DNA of 46,350 nucleotides from a bacterium (GCA_023267755.1 JAHFMR010000005.1:1-46350), one strand, 5' to 3'. Counted from the first letter of the stretch, positions 8,132 through 16,289 are shown. The notes: a model not told the origin generated them from the sequence alone. Numbers and translations: made by a program.

Positions 8132-9371
8132 GACTTCCTGCGACGAGACCGCCATCGCGATACTCGAATGCAGTGGCGATGAGAAAAATGCCCAATTCCG
8201 CGTGCTTGGGAATACGCTCCTCTCGCAGATAGATATTCATAAAGAATACGGCGGCGTCTTCCCCGCTCTCGCCAAGCGCGAGCACGCGAAGAACCTTGTC
8301 CCGATACTCGAGTCAACACTTGAGGAGGCAGAGCTCCTCCATGAAGATACGCAGGCATTGTCAGAGGAGACGCGCGCCGAGATTGCCACAATCCTCTCGC
8401 GTGAGCCGGGTCTCGCTGGAGCATTCTTCGATTTCATTACCGAATGCGAGCCGCCCTCTATCGACGCTATCGCGGTGACCACCGGTCCTGGTCTCGAGCC
8501 AGCGCTCTGGGTGGGCGTCAACTTCGCGCGCGCTCTCTCGCTCGTGTGGAATAAGCCCGTGGTCGCGGTGAATCATATGGAGGGACATATTATGGCTGCC
8601 CTGGCTCGCCGAAGCGAGAGCGGGGGTGGCACGAGCGAGGAGGATATTTTAGAAATAAAAGATGTCGAGATGCCGGTGCTCGCGCTCCTTATCTCGGGCG
8701 GGCACACCGAGCTGGTACTGATGAAAGAATGGCTGCAGTATGAGCTCATCGGGGCGACGCGCGACGACGCGGTGGGCGAAGCCTTCGACAAGGTCGCGCG
8801 TATGCTCGACCTCCCTTACCCGGGCGGCCCCGAAATCTCGCGTCTCGCTGAACTCGCCCGTTCCGTCGAATCCTCTGTTCCAGGGTCCCGAGGGGCACCC
8901 TCGTCTGACGAGGGTGCCCCTCGGGATTCCATTCTGGGAATTAAATTGCCACGACCGATGCTGCATGATGCGAGTTGCGACTTCTCCTTTGCCGGACTCA
9001 AGACCGCGGTACTGAATCTCTTGAAGACGCGAGTGGATATAACCGCGGTCGAGAAGCAGCACCTCGCACGCGAGTTTGAAGACGCCGTCGCCGAGGTACT
9101 GATGAAGAAGACCTCTCGCGCGCTTGAGGAGACTACCGCCACAACACTCGTGCTCGGCGGCGGTGTCTCTGCCAATACACACATCCGCCGCGTATTTACG
9201 CACTTTGAGGACACTAGGTGTCCACACGTCACCCTCCGCATCCCCGCCGCTGCTCTCACCACCGACAACGCGATTATGATCGGCCTCGCCGGCTTCTATC
9301 ACGCCGCCCGCGGCGACTTCACCGACCTCGCCTCTTTGAAGGCAAGCGGAAACGCTCATCTGGCCCCATAA
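8112..9371 (+). CDS. tsaD: tRNA N6-adenosine threonylcarbamoyltransferase TsaD with lineage-specific insertions
   Basis: MKILAIETSCDETAIAI, VNHMEGH, SGGHTEL, GEAFDKVARMLDLPYPGGP, DFSFAGLKTAV, GGGVSAN. At 419 aa it is roughly 80 aa longer than the E. coli TsaD I recall (337 aa). Confidence 0.95.
   Translation: MKILAIETSCDETAIAILECSGDEKNAQFRVLGNTLLSQIDIHKEYGGVFPALAKREHAKNLVPILESTLEEAELLHEDTQALSEETRAEIATILSREPGLAGAFFDFITECEPPSIDAIAVTTGPGLEPALWVGVNFARALSLVWNKPVVAVNHMEGHIMAALARRSESGGGTSEEDILEIKDVEMPVLALLISGGHTELVLMKEWLQYELIGATRDDAVGEAFDKVARMLDLPYPGGPEISRLAELARSVESSVPGSRGAPSSDEGAPRDSILGIKLPRPMLHDASCDFSFAGLKTAVLNLLKTRVDITAVEKQHLAREFEDAVAEVLMKKTSRALEETTATTLVLGGGVSANTHIRRVFTHFEDTRCPHVTLRIPAAALTTDNAIMIGLAGFYHAARGDFTDLASLKASGNAHLAP
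8886..8926. repeat. perfect 41-nt palindrome (20-bp arms) inside the tsaD reading frame
   Basis: TCCCGAGGGGCACCCTCGTC-t-GACGAGGGTGCCCCTCGGGA, checked base by base around centre 8906. It encodes RGAPSSDEGAPRD on both strands. Confidence 0.97.
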
Positions 9372-9389
9372 GACAGCCGGCCGCATATT

Positions 9390-9398
9390 TGCTATATT
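9390..9398 (+). promoter_or_regulatory. extended -10 promoter (TGcTATATT) 7 nt upstream of the valS ATG
   Basis: No Shine-Dalgarno sequence lies between the box and the ATG at 9406. The geometry fits a leaderless mRNA. Confidence 0.5.
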
Positions 9399-9405
9399 TC
9401 GAACA

Positions 9406-11577
9406 ATGCCTGACAAGTTTCTCTCACCCTACGACTCGACTGCGACCGAGTCGCGCATCTATGCCGAGTGGGAAAAGAGCGGTCTCTTTAATCCAGACGA
9501 ATGCGTGAAGCAGGGCTTCACCAAGGAAGACGCAGCGACGTACTCTATCGTCCTCCCGCCGCCAAACGTCACTGGCCGTCTCCATATGGGCCACGCGCTT
9601 ATGCTCGCAATCGAGGACACTGTTGTCCGCTATAAGCGGATGCGCGGGCTCCGCACACTCTGGATCCCCGGGACCGACCACGCCGCTATCGCGACGCAAT
9701 CGGTCGTCGAGAAACAGTTGAAAAAGGAAGAGGATAAGAGCCGCCACGATCTGGGGCGCGCAGGGCTCCTCGAGCGCATCGAGCAGTTTGCTGCCGAGAG
9801 CCACGATACAATAACGAAGCAGGTGAAGACGATGGGCGCCTCGCTCGACTGGTCGCGTGAAGCCTTCACCCTCGACGAGACACGCAGCCGCGCGGTGCGT
9901 ACCGTCTTCAAGCAAATGTACGACGCCGGACTCATCTATCGCGGCCACCGCATCGTGAACTGGGATCCGAAGGGTCAGACTACGATTTCTGATGATGAGA
10001 TTGTCTACGAGGAGCGCGCTGCCAAGCTCTACACGTTTAAATATTCAAAGGACTTCCCTATCGCGATAGCGACAACACGCCCCGAGACTAAGGTCGGTGA
10101 TGTCGCGGTCGCCGTGCATCCCGATGATGTACGCTACAAAGAGTTCGTCGGAAAAGAATATGACGCCGTCTTTTGTGATGTGCCAATCCACATCAAGATT
10201 GTTGCTGATAAAGAAGTTGATCCGGCCTTCGGCACGGGCGCGGTCGGTCTCACTCCTGCACACAGCAAGGTCGACTGGGATATGGCCGACCGGCATAGCC
10301 TCTCGCACGACACAGTCGTGATTAATGAATACGCCAAAATGACCGTCGCCGGTCGCCTCGCCGACAAGAAGGCCACCGAAGCGCGCGATATAGTCGTCCA
10401 GTGGCTCACGAGCGAAGGGCTGCTCGAGAAGGAGGAGGATATCAAACAGAACATTGCGACTGCCGAGCGTACCGGCGGCATCATCGAGCCCTTGCCCAAG
10501 CTTCAGTGGTTTGTCGATGTGAACAAAGAGGTTCCCGAACGCAGCAAGACACTGAAGGAACTTATGCTCGAGCCCGTGCGCTCGGGAGAGATTAAGATAA
10601 TCCCCGAACACTTCGAGAAGACCTACTTCCACTGGATAGAGAACCTGCGCGACTGGTGCATCAGCCGGCAGATTTGGTACGGACACCGCATCCCCGCGTG
10701 GTACCGTTCGACTGACACTCACGGCAAGCCGAGTGGTGAAATAGCTGTGGGCGAGGCTCCCGAGGGAGAGGGTTGGGTGCAAGACGAAGACACACTCGAC
10801 ACGTGGTTCTCCTCTGGTCTCTGGACCTTCTCCACGCTCGGCTGGCCCGAGAAAACAAGAGAGCTTCAGGACTATCACCCGACCGACCTGCTCGAGACAG
10901 GGCACGATATCCTCTTCTTCTGGGTCGCCCGCATGATCCTGATGACCGAATTCACTCTCGGCACGATCCCCTTCAAGACGGTCTATCTCCACGGCCTCGT
11001 GCGCGATGCACAAGGGCGGAAGATGAGTAAGTCGCTCGGTAACAATATGGACCCGCTCGACATCACCGCCAAGTTTGGCGCCGACGCCGCGCGTATGGCG
11101 CTCATCGTCGGTAACACACCGGGCACCGACACTCGCATCAGCGAGGACAAGGTGAAGGGCTATAAGCACTTTGCGAACAAGCTCTGGAACATCGCGCGCT
11201 TTGTGCTCGACAATGCCCAAGGGGCCAATTTGCAAGCTCCGCTTACTCCAGCAGACACCGAGCTGCTCACTGCCTGCGACACGCTCGTGCAGGAGGTGAC
11301 AAAAGATATTGAGGAATATCGCGTCTATATGGCCGCCGAGAAGCTCTACCACTACGCGTGGCACGAGCTCGCCGACAAGATCCTCGAGGAATCAAAACCG
11401 ATATTCGCCGGCGCTGATGAAGAAGTGAAAGCGTCGCGGAAAGTGCTTCTCGTCACACTCTTCGATCGCACACTCCGACTCCTTCACCCTTTCATACCCT
11501 TCGTCACCGAAGAAATCTGGCAATCGATGCCGACCAAGGACGCACAGTTCCTGATGGTCGCCAAGTGGCCCTCCTAA
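9406..11577 (+). CDS. valS: valine--tRNA ligase (short form, 723 aa)
   Basis: PPPNVTGRLHMGHAL (HIGH), RKMSKSLGN (KMSKS), WCISRQIWYGHRIP, DTWFSS and LLHPFIPFVTEEIWQ near the C-terminus. Confidence 0.95.
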   Translation: MPDKFLSPYDSTATESRIYAEWEKSGLFNPDECVKQGFTKEDAATYSIVLPPPNVTGRLHMGHALMLAIEDTVVRYKRMRGLRTLWIPGTDHAAIATQSVVEKQLKKEEDKSRHDLGRAGLLERIEQFAAESHDTITKQVKTMGASLDWSREAFTLDETRSRAVRTVFKQMYDAGLIYRGHRIVNWDPKGQTTISDDEIVYEERAAKLYTFKYSKDFPIAIATTRPETKVGDVAVAVHPDDVRYKEFVGKEYDAVFCDVPIHIKIVADKEVDPAFGTGAVGLTPAHSKVDWDMADRHSLSHDTVVINEYAKMTVAGRLADKKATEARDIVVQWLTSEGLLEKEEDIKQNIATAERTGGIIEPLPKLQWFVDVNKEVPERSKTLKELMLEPVRSGEIKIIPEHFEKTYFHWIENLRDWCISRQIWYGHRIPAWYRSTDTHGKPSGEIAVGEAPEGEGWVQDEDTLDTWFSSGLWTFSTLGWPEKTRELQDYHPTDLLETGHDILFFWVARMILMTEFTLGTIPFKTVYLHGLVRDAQGRKMSKSLGNNMDPLDITAKFGADAARMALIVGNTPGTDTRISEDKVKGYKHFANKLWNIARFVLDNAQGANLQAPLTPADTELLTACDTLVQEVTKDIEEYRVYMAAEKLYHYAWHELADKILEESKPIFAGADEEVKASRKVLLVTLFDRTLRLLHPFIPFVTEEIWQSMPTKDAQFLMVAKWPS

Positions 11578-11580
11578 GCC

Positions 11581-11589
11581 TGTTACAAT
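11581..11589 (+). promoter_or_regulatory. extended -10-like box (TGtTACAAT) 6 nt before the GTG at 11596
   Basis: Matches the TGnTAnAnT pattern seen upstream of other units in this window. Confidence 0.4.
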
Positions 11590-11595
11590 AAAGGG

Positions 11596-12306
11596 GTGAC
11601 CGCTACTACTCTCGGCTACGCATTTCTCGGCGGGCTCCTGCCCTCGCTCATTTGGCTCTACTTCCTCCTCAAAGAGGACGCGACGCATCCAGAGCCGAAA
11701 CGGCTTATCGCCTTCGCTTTTATCGCTGGAATGGCAGCGGTCCCGCTCGCGCTCCCGCTTGAACAATGGTCAAAGGCCTATTTACATACCACTAATATCG
11801 ATTCATCTGTCGTGATGATATGGGCGCTCGTCGAGGAGACGCTAAAATATGCTATGGCGGCTATCTTCATCCTTTGGAGAGGGGCGGTGGACGAAGCACC
11901 TGATTACGTCATCTATATGCTCACCGTCGCGCTCGGCTTCGCCGCCGCTGAGAATATGCTCTTCTTGCTCGCGCCGCTCCTCGATGGACATATTGTGACT
12001 GGTGTTTTCACCGGCAATATCCGCTTCCTCGGCTCGACACTGCTCCACGTTGTCGCCTCGGCGTCAGTGGGCTTCGCACTTGCCTTCTCTGCTAACAAGA
12101 CTCCGTTCAAGCGGATGGCGACCGCCGCACTCGGACTTATCCTCGCTGTCGCATTGCACACTGCCTTCAACACGCTTATTATTACTCAAGGCACTTCGTC
12201 CACACTCATTGCATTCTTCCTTGTCTGGACGGTGGCTGTCGCTTTCTTCGCGGCATTTGAAGTGCTCAAATATTTCCAATATCGTACCCGCCCTAACACT
12301 TACTAA
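11596..12306 (+). CDS. PrsW-family intramembrane metalloprotease
   Basis: 236 aa, polytopic, with LVEETLKY (EExxK), GFAAAENMLF and LLHVVASA motifs. GTG start. Confidence 0.8.
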   Translation: MTATTLGYAFLGGLLPSLIWLYFLLKEDATHPEPKRLIAFAFIAGMAAVPLALPLEQWSKAYLHTTNIDSSVVMIWALVEETLKYAMAAIFILWRGAVDEAPDYVIYMLTVALGFAAAENMLFLLAPLLDGHIVTGVFTGNIRFLGSTLLHVVASASVGFALAFSANKTPFKRMATAALGLILAVALHTAFNTLIITQGTSSTLIAFFLVWTVAVAFFAAFEVLKYFQYRTRPNTY

Positions 12307-12309
12307 CCT

Positions 12310-12801
12310 ATGTCTATGAAGCCCTCATTCTTCGATCGTCTCTCCGGCAATACGGTCTCCGGTAGCGAGCTCGACGCCTTCGACGACGAGCTGCCGGTTG
12401 TCGTCTCTCCCTCTGTACGGAAGGACTCTTCTGCGAGCCGTCCGGCCCCCCTCGACGACACTCGTACAAACGAGGGCCAGCTCCCGGTCGACGTCCACCA
12501 GACATCGGGCGATATCGTCATCCGTGCCTTCGTCGCCGGCGTACGCCCTGACGAGCTCAATCTTTCTATAAGTCGCGATATGGTCGAGATAAGTGGGTCA
12601 CGCAGCGAGCGCGAGCAGGTGTCCGGCCCTGACTACTTCACCCGTGAACTCTTCTGGGGCTCGTTCTCGCGCACGATTATGCTCCCGCAAGAGATCGATG
12701 TGGAAGCCTCTTCAGCAAACGCAAAGGACGGTCTCGTGACTATCATCCTCCCCAAACTCGACAAGGCGAGACAAACTAAACTGAAAGTGAAGGCAGGCTA
12801 G
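12310..12801 (+). CDS. Hsp20/alpha-crystallin family small heat-shock protein
   Basis: 163 aa. ACD core VDVHQTSGDIVIRAFVAGVRPDELNLSI...FSRTIMLPQEIDVE...AKDGLVTIILPK. Confidence 0.9.
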   Translation: MSMKPSFFDRLSGNTVSGSELDAFDDELPVVVSPSVRKDSSASRPAPLDDTRTNEGQLPVDVHQTSGDIVIRAFVAGVRPDELNLSISRDMVEISGSRSEREQVSGPDYFTRELFWGSFSRTIMLPQEIDVEASSANAKDGLVTIILPKLDKARQTKLKVKAG

Positions 12802-12831
12802 CTAAAACAAAAAAATACCTCGCCGCTTTTG

Positions 12832-13920
12832 TTATTTTAGAGTAATCGTCTCTTCTGGTGGCGGGAGCGCTACGCGCTCGGCCGTGAAGGGTAGCTGTTC
12901 TATAAGACGGCCGTCGGTCGTCTCAATGTTAACGCGCCACTGCCCTGCATCGGTGATAAGCACTTTTGAATAGCCACGGTAGCCGCCATCACGTCCGCCC
13001 ACAATAGAGTACGCCACTGCCGCCCGGGTCATCCACACCTTCTGTACTGCGTCATACCACTGCCAGCGATGTACGATAGTCGCTTTTACTGCTGTGGGCG
13101 CGAAGACGGAACTGTAAGCAAAAAGCGATTCATTCTGCCCGATGTGTAGCGTCGGTGGGAAGCCGAGATACCGCACCTGCCAAGGCTGGCCTGTCTCGCT
13201 CTTGGCGTAGTAGGCGCCCGGGATATGCCACACTTCGTGGTAAACGCCTGCCGCCGTACTTGAGAGCGGGAGCGGAGGGAGGATGTTAGTGAAATAGAAT
13301 ATGTTCACTACAGCAAGCACGAGAGCCGCTCCCACGCGGATGCGCCACACCTCGGCGAGGAACCGCTCTCTGGCGACCATCCGCAAAAAACCGGTAAACA
13401 ACGCGAAGACACCGATGGCGACTAGCCCGCTCGCCAGGAATGTCGGCGTGCCGATAGAGCCCGTATACATAGGGAGCATAAAGATGGCGCAGGAATAGAG
13501 TGCAAAGAAAAAGAGGATACTCGTGAAGACGAGGCGGGTGTGATACTGGTGAAAATATTCACTTCCGAGGAATACGAGGAACAGGAAAAGGAGAAACGGC
13601 CACGAGGCGCCGAGCACCGCCGAACGTCCGTAGAAGATGACGAACGCGCTCCAGAAGCCGCCGAGTGCAAACTGGGTGATGAGCGGGAGGATAATCCGGA
13701 CACGCGGGAGCGGCGTGCCGCGCCGAGCCGCGCGCGACTCGATCCAGTGCAGGAGCGGTATCGCGAGGAAGCAGACAGCCGCATAGGCGGCGAGGAGCAC
13801 CTGCGTCTGGAGGAGATCAACGCGGACGAAGAGGAGATTGTCAGCGATGAATCCGGCGACCATCGCGAACGCCGAGAGATGCTTCTCGTGCGTGTGCATC
13901 CATGTAAAGAGCCGGTGCAT
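12832..13920 (-). CDS. multi-TM membrane protein with C-terminal DUF2914-like domain
   Basis: The ORF-track N-terminus (to 13983) overlaps tRNA-Phe, so I trimmed it to the ATG at 13920 (alternative 13899). C-terminal IVHRWQWYD...VGGRDGGYRGYSK...GQWRVNIETTDG resembles DUF2914 from memory. Confidence 0.65.
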   Translation of the reverse strand: MHRLFTWMHTHEKHLSAFAMVAGFIADNLLFVRVDLLQTQVLLAAYAAVCFLAIPLLHWIESRAARRGTPLPRVRIILPLITQFALGGFWSAFVIFYGRSAVLGASWPFLLFLFLVFLGSEYFHQYHTRLVFTSILFFFALYSCAIFMLPMYTGSIGTPTFLASGLVAIGVFALFTGFLRMVARERFLAEVWRIRVGAALVLAVVNIFYFTNILPPLPLSSTAAGVYHEVWHIPGAYYAKSETGQPWQVRYLGFPPTLHIGQNESLFAYSSVFAPTAVKATIVHRWQWYDAVQKVWMTRAAVAYSIVGGRDGGYRGYSKVLITDAGQWRVNIETTDGRLIEQLPFTAERVALPPPEETITLK

Positions 13921-13925
13921 ACGAG

Positions 13926-13998
13926 TGCTTGGACCCGGGCTCGAACCGGGGACCCCTTCCTCTTCAGGGAAGTGCTCTACCAACTGAGCTATCCAAGC
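13926..13998 (-). tRNA. tRNA-Phe(GAA)
   Basis: GCTTGGA-TA-GCTC-AGTTGGTA-GAGC, anticodon loop CTGAAGA, T-arm CCCGG-TTCGAGC-CCGGG. No encoded CCA. Confidence 0.95.
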
Positions 13999-14286
13999 TT
14001 ATTGCCCTGTCTTAATCGAGTTTAACAGCTTTCCTAATTGAACGGAAGTCGGCAGACCAAAGGCGCCCTCCGGCGCCGAGATGCCCGAAGCCTGTGAAAA
14101 CTTAGTAACAAACGGCTGGAGATATTGTTGATAGAGATAAAGTGGGAGCGCGAGCACAATTGCCCAGATAATTATCCTCCCGACAAAACCAAGCCACTGA
14201 TCGCGCCGTATCGCGCGGAGCATATCGTGATTGTCCTTGGCGAGCGCATGCGTCTCCAAGAGCAATTGCTTCATCTCTGGGTCCAT
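13999..14286 (-). CDS. small hypothetical membrane protein (95 aa)
   Basis: Single central hydrophobic helix (FVGRIIIWAIVLALPLYLY). It fills the whole gap between tRNA-Arg and tRNA-Phe. No recognisable family. Confidence 0.5.
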   Translation of the reverse strand: MDPEMKQLLLETHALAKDNHDMLRAIRRDQWLGFVGRIIIWAIVLALPLYLYQQYLQPFVTKFSQASGISAPEGAFGLPTSVQLGKLLNSIKTGQ

Positions 14287-14311
14287 ATGGCTTCTAGTAT
14301 AGCAGGCTTTG

Positions 14312-14383
14312 TGCCCCCGCCAGGAGTCGAACCTGAATCAGCTCGTTAGGAGTGAGCCGTTCTATCCATTGAACTACGGGGGC
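14312..14383 (-). tRNA. tRNA-Arg(CCU)
   Basis: GCCCCCG acceptor, anticodon loop CTCCTAA, T-arm TCAGG-TTCGACT-CCTGG. One A-C mismatch at the base of the anticodon stem. No encoded CCA. Confidence 0.9.
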
Positions 14384-14388
14384 CGAAC

Positions 14389-14628
14389 TTACGCGGCGAT
14401 GCCGAGCGAGGACACGAGCCTCTCCTGATCAAAGCCGATAATCAGTTCGTCGCCCACGAGGATAACCGGGACACCCATCTGGCCAGACTTCTGGATCATC
14501 TCCTGACGCTTCTCGAGATCGTGTGCAACGTCGAATTCGCTGTAGCTGATGCCTTTTTCCTTAAGAAAATCCTTGGTCATCTGGCAGAAGTGGCAGGTCG
14601 GGGTGCTGTAAATGGTGACGTTTTTCAT
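14389..14628 (-). CDS. glutaredoxin-like protein (NrdH/GrxC-like, CHFC active site)
   Basis: MKNVTIYSTPTCHFCQMTKDFLKEKGISYSEFDV...GVPVILVGDELIIGFD. The start at 14628 is preferred because the upstream part of the ORF would contain the promoter box. Confidence 0.85.
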   Translation of the reverse strand: MKNVTIYSTPTCHFCQMTKDFLKEKGISYSEFDVAHDLEKRQEMIQKSGQMGVPVILVGDELIIGFDQERLVSSLGIAA

Positions 14629-14649
14629 ATCTATTGAAGTTATGAGCCG

Positions 14650-14658
14650 AGTATACCA
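14650..14658 (-). promoter_or_regulatory. extended -10 promoter (TGgTATACT on minus strand) for the glutaredoxin-like gene
   Basis: The reverse complement of 14650-14658 reads TGGTATACT, 21 nt upstream of the ATG at 14628. Confidence 0.45.
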
Positions 14659-14864
14659 CGTGGAGTTATCCACACCACTTCGCCCTACAGGCTTCGCGGT
14701 GCGCGGCAGAAATATTGGTGCCCCACCTCTGTCTCCTGTCTGACTTGGTGAGACTCCATAGGAGTTCCTTGGCGAGCGCCAGCGTTATGGGACGGGGCAC
14801 CTCGGTCAGGACTTCCCGCAAGCTCCGGGCACTTGACTCCTTGCAGGGTATTATAGTAGTATCG

Positions 14865-14873
14865 TGTATAAGT
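14865..14873 (+). promoter_or_regulatory. extended -10-like box (TGtATAAGT) upstream of the low-GC islet genes
   Basis: Box lies 32 nt upstream of the ATG at 14906. Confidence 0.4.
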
Positions 14874-14905
14874 GTATTCGTTTATTACAAGCTAACACTT
14901 TACAT

Positions 14906-15607
14906 ATGGCCCTAAAAGATCATGTTACAGATTCTGCAAAACTTCGAGAGGAAGAAATCGAGGTAATTATATCTGATTTAATAAAGTACGACCCTGCGAA
15001 TAAGGCAATCGTTCTCCTTCCAAAAGCACAAAGTCTTCCCGTTGAGAAGAAAATACTACTCTATCTTGTCGCTCTGCGTGGTTGGCATTTCGTGGTGAAA
15101 GAAGATCCTCCAGCAACAGATGCCCTTCCCAGGGAGATAGAGCGCGCCACGGGTGTCCGTGGAGGTACCCTTAGGCCAGCTCTACGCGGGCTAGTTCATT
15201 CAAGAATGCTCGATTGCAAAAATGGACGCTATGAAATCCCCGCGCATAATCTTGGTCGAGTCCGTGAGGCCATGACCAGCGGAGGGAGCACGTTGATAGC
15301 CCGTCAGCCCCTCGGGTCAGCCTCAAAAGGAACGAAGGCTAAGCCTCCGAAGGTTAGTAAGAAGGGTTTTGGCGCCAAACCTTCTTTAAAAGAATCTTTC
15401 GACGAACTGGTAGCTAAAAATTGGTTCCAAGGAGGTAAAACTACTACCCAATTAAAAGATAAGCTGGAAGAGTCCGCAGTGATTGTTCCGATGTCTCGAC
15501 TCCCTGTTTACTTGCTCACAGCAGTGCGCGGCAAGCCTCAAAAACTCAAGCGTGAAAAGAAGGATGTTGGGGGTAAGGATATTTGGGTTTATTCGCCCGT
15601 CAAATAA
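14906..15607 (+). CDS. hypothetical protein with winged-helix-like modules and a Lys-rich linker (islet gene 1)
   Basis: 233 aa from the ATG at 14906. The C-terminal about 65 aa (FDELVAKNWFQGGKTTTQLKDKLEE...IWVYSP) resemble the N-terminus of the next protein. Visibly AT-richer than the core. Confidence 0.7.
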   Translation: MALKDHVTDSAKLREEEIEVIISDLIKYDPANKAIVLLPKAQSLPVEKKILLYLVALRGWHFVVKEDPPATDALPREIERATGVRGGTLRPALRGLVHSRMLDCKNGRYEIPAHNLGRVREAMTSGGSTLIARQPLGSASKGTKAKPPKVSKKGFGAKPSLKESFDELVAKNWFQGGKTTTQLKDKLEESAVIVPMSRLPVYLLTAVRGKPQKLKREKKDVGGKDIWVYSPVK

Positions 15608-15608
15608 C

Positions 15609-16289
15609 ATGTCGGGTCAGCTCAAATCTGCTCCGGAACTATTACGAGGTCTTTGGGAGGAACGGTTCTTTGAGCATTCCCGGACCCTGCCTGAGATTAC
15701 AGAAAGGTTGGCAGCCAGCGGTTATCACTTAACCGCCTCTACACTAGGCGTTGCTTTGATTCGTTCTGTGAGAACTGGCAGGTACCTTCTTCGTACCGGC
15801 AGGTTAGGAAAGTGGGTATACACGCAGAAACATCCGTTTTCTGCGCCTTCCGCAGAAACGAGCGAGATGATTGTTCAATATGAGTTCCATCCGCGCATAA
15901 AAGAAGTTTCACTCACGCAATTCAAAAATAAGGATTTCAAAAGTGCGATATTGAACGCTTTTATTGAAGTGGTGACTCAGGTGAAAGTGAAAACCGGACA
16001 TCCCAAAGATAAAAATGGAAAGGACTTGGACGGCGACGATCTGATGAACAGGATCTTCGGCTGCGATGGGATTCAAGTACCAACAGTGAAGTTTAATACC
16101 CTCGCTGACGGCTTGGATCGCGCAGAACAGCGAGGACTCATGTATTTATACAAAGGTGTAGTTGGAGTACGCGACAAGAAGGCTCATTTGAATTTTATTC
16201 AAAATGATCCTTTGAAGACAATTGAGTACTTGAGTTTGGCAAGTCTCCTACTGAGGCTCCTAGACGAGAATCCGGCAACCGAAGCCTAA
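15609..16289 (+). CDS. TIGR02391 (Hypoth_Ymh)-like domain protein with N-terminal wHTH-like module (islet gene 2)
   Basis: The ATG at 15609 lies 1 nt after the previous stop. The C-terminal half FHPRIKEV...FKSAILNAFIEV...AEQRGLMYLYKGVVGVRDKKAHL...EYLSLASLLLRLLDE matches my memory of the TIGR02391 pattern. Confidence 0.72.
   Translation: MSGQLKSAPELLRGLWEERFFEHSRTLPEITERLAASGYHLTASTLGVALIRSVRTGRYLLRTGRLGKWVYTQKHPFSAPSAETSEMIVQYEFHPRIKEVSLTQFKNKDFKSAILNAFIEVVTQVKVKTGHPKDKNGKDLDGDDLMNRIFGCDGIQVPTVKFNTLADGLDRAEQRGLMYLYKGVVGVRDKKAHLNFIQNDPLKTIEYLSLASLLLRLLDENPATEA

Noticed and set aside
8721-9110. Hammerhead-like CUGAUGA...GAAA strings.
   Set aside because: They occur inside the conserved tsaD reading frame without the required flanking helices, so they are chance matches.
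10045-11364. Long antisense ORF of 439 aa opposite valS. Similar cases are 5583-6380, 8649-9416, 32451-33776, 39632-40330 and 45178-45930.
   Set aside because: These lie opposite genes with unmistakable conserved motifs. Their products are Arg/Pro/Gly-rich and low in complexity, as expected for stop-poor antisense frames in GC-rich DNA. None has recognisable domains or start-site signals.
13921-13983. N-terminal extension of the membrane-protein ORF (track start 13983).
   Set aside because: The extension is the reverse complement of tRNA-Phe (13926-13998). I trimmed the CDS to the ATG at 13920.
14690-14850. SRP (4.5S) RNA, tmRNA or 6S RNA in the unassigned intergenic segment.
   Set aside because: I found no GGAA/GNRA-capped helix 8 with flanking AGCA/GGA loops, no tRNA-like 3' end and no long bubble-containing hairpin. 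It is kept only as an unclassified candidate.
15483-15608. Upstream extension of the TIGR02391-like ORF overlapping the preceding gene by 125 nt.
   Set aside because: The ATG at 15609 follows the previous stop by 1 nt, and the extension peptide is Cys/Ser-rich with no similarity to anything. Compact coupling is more parsimonious.
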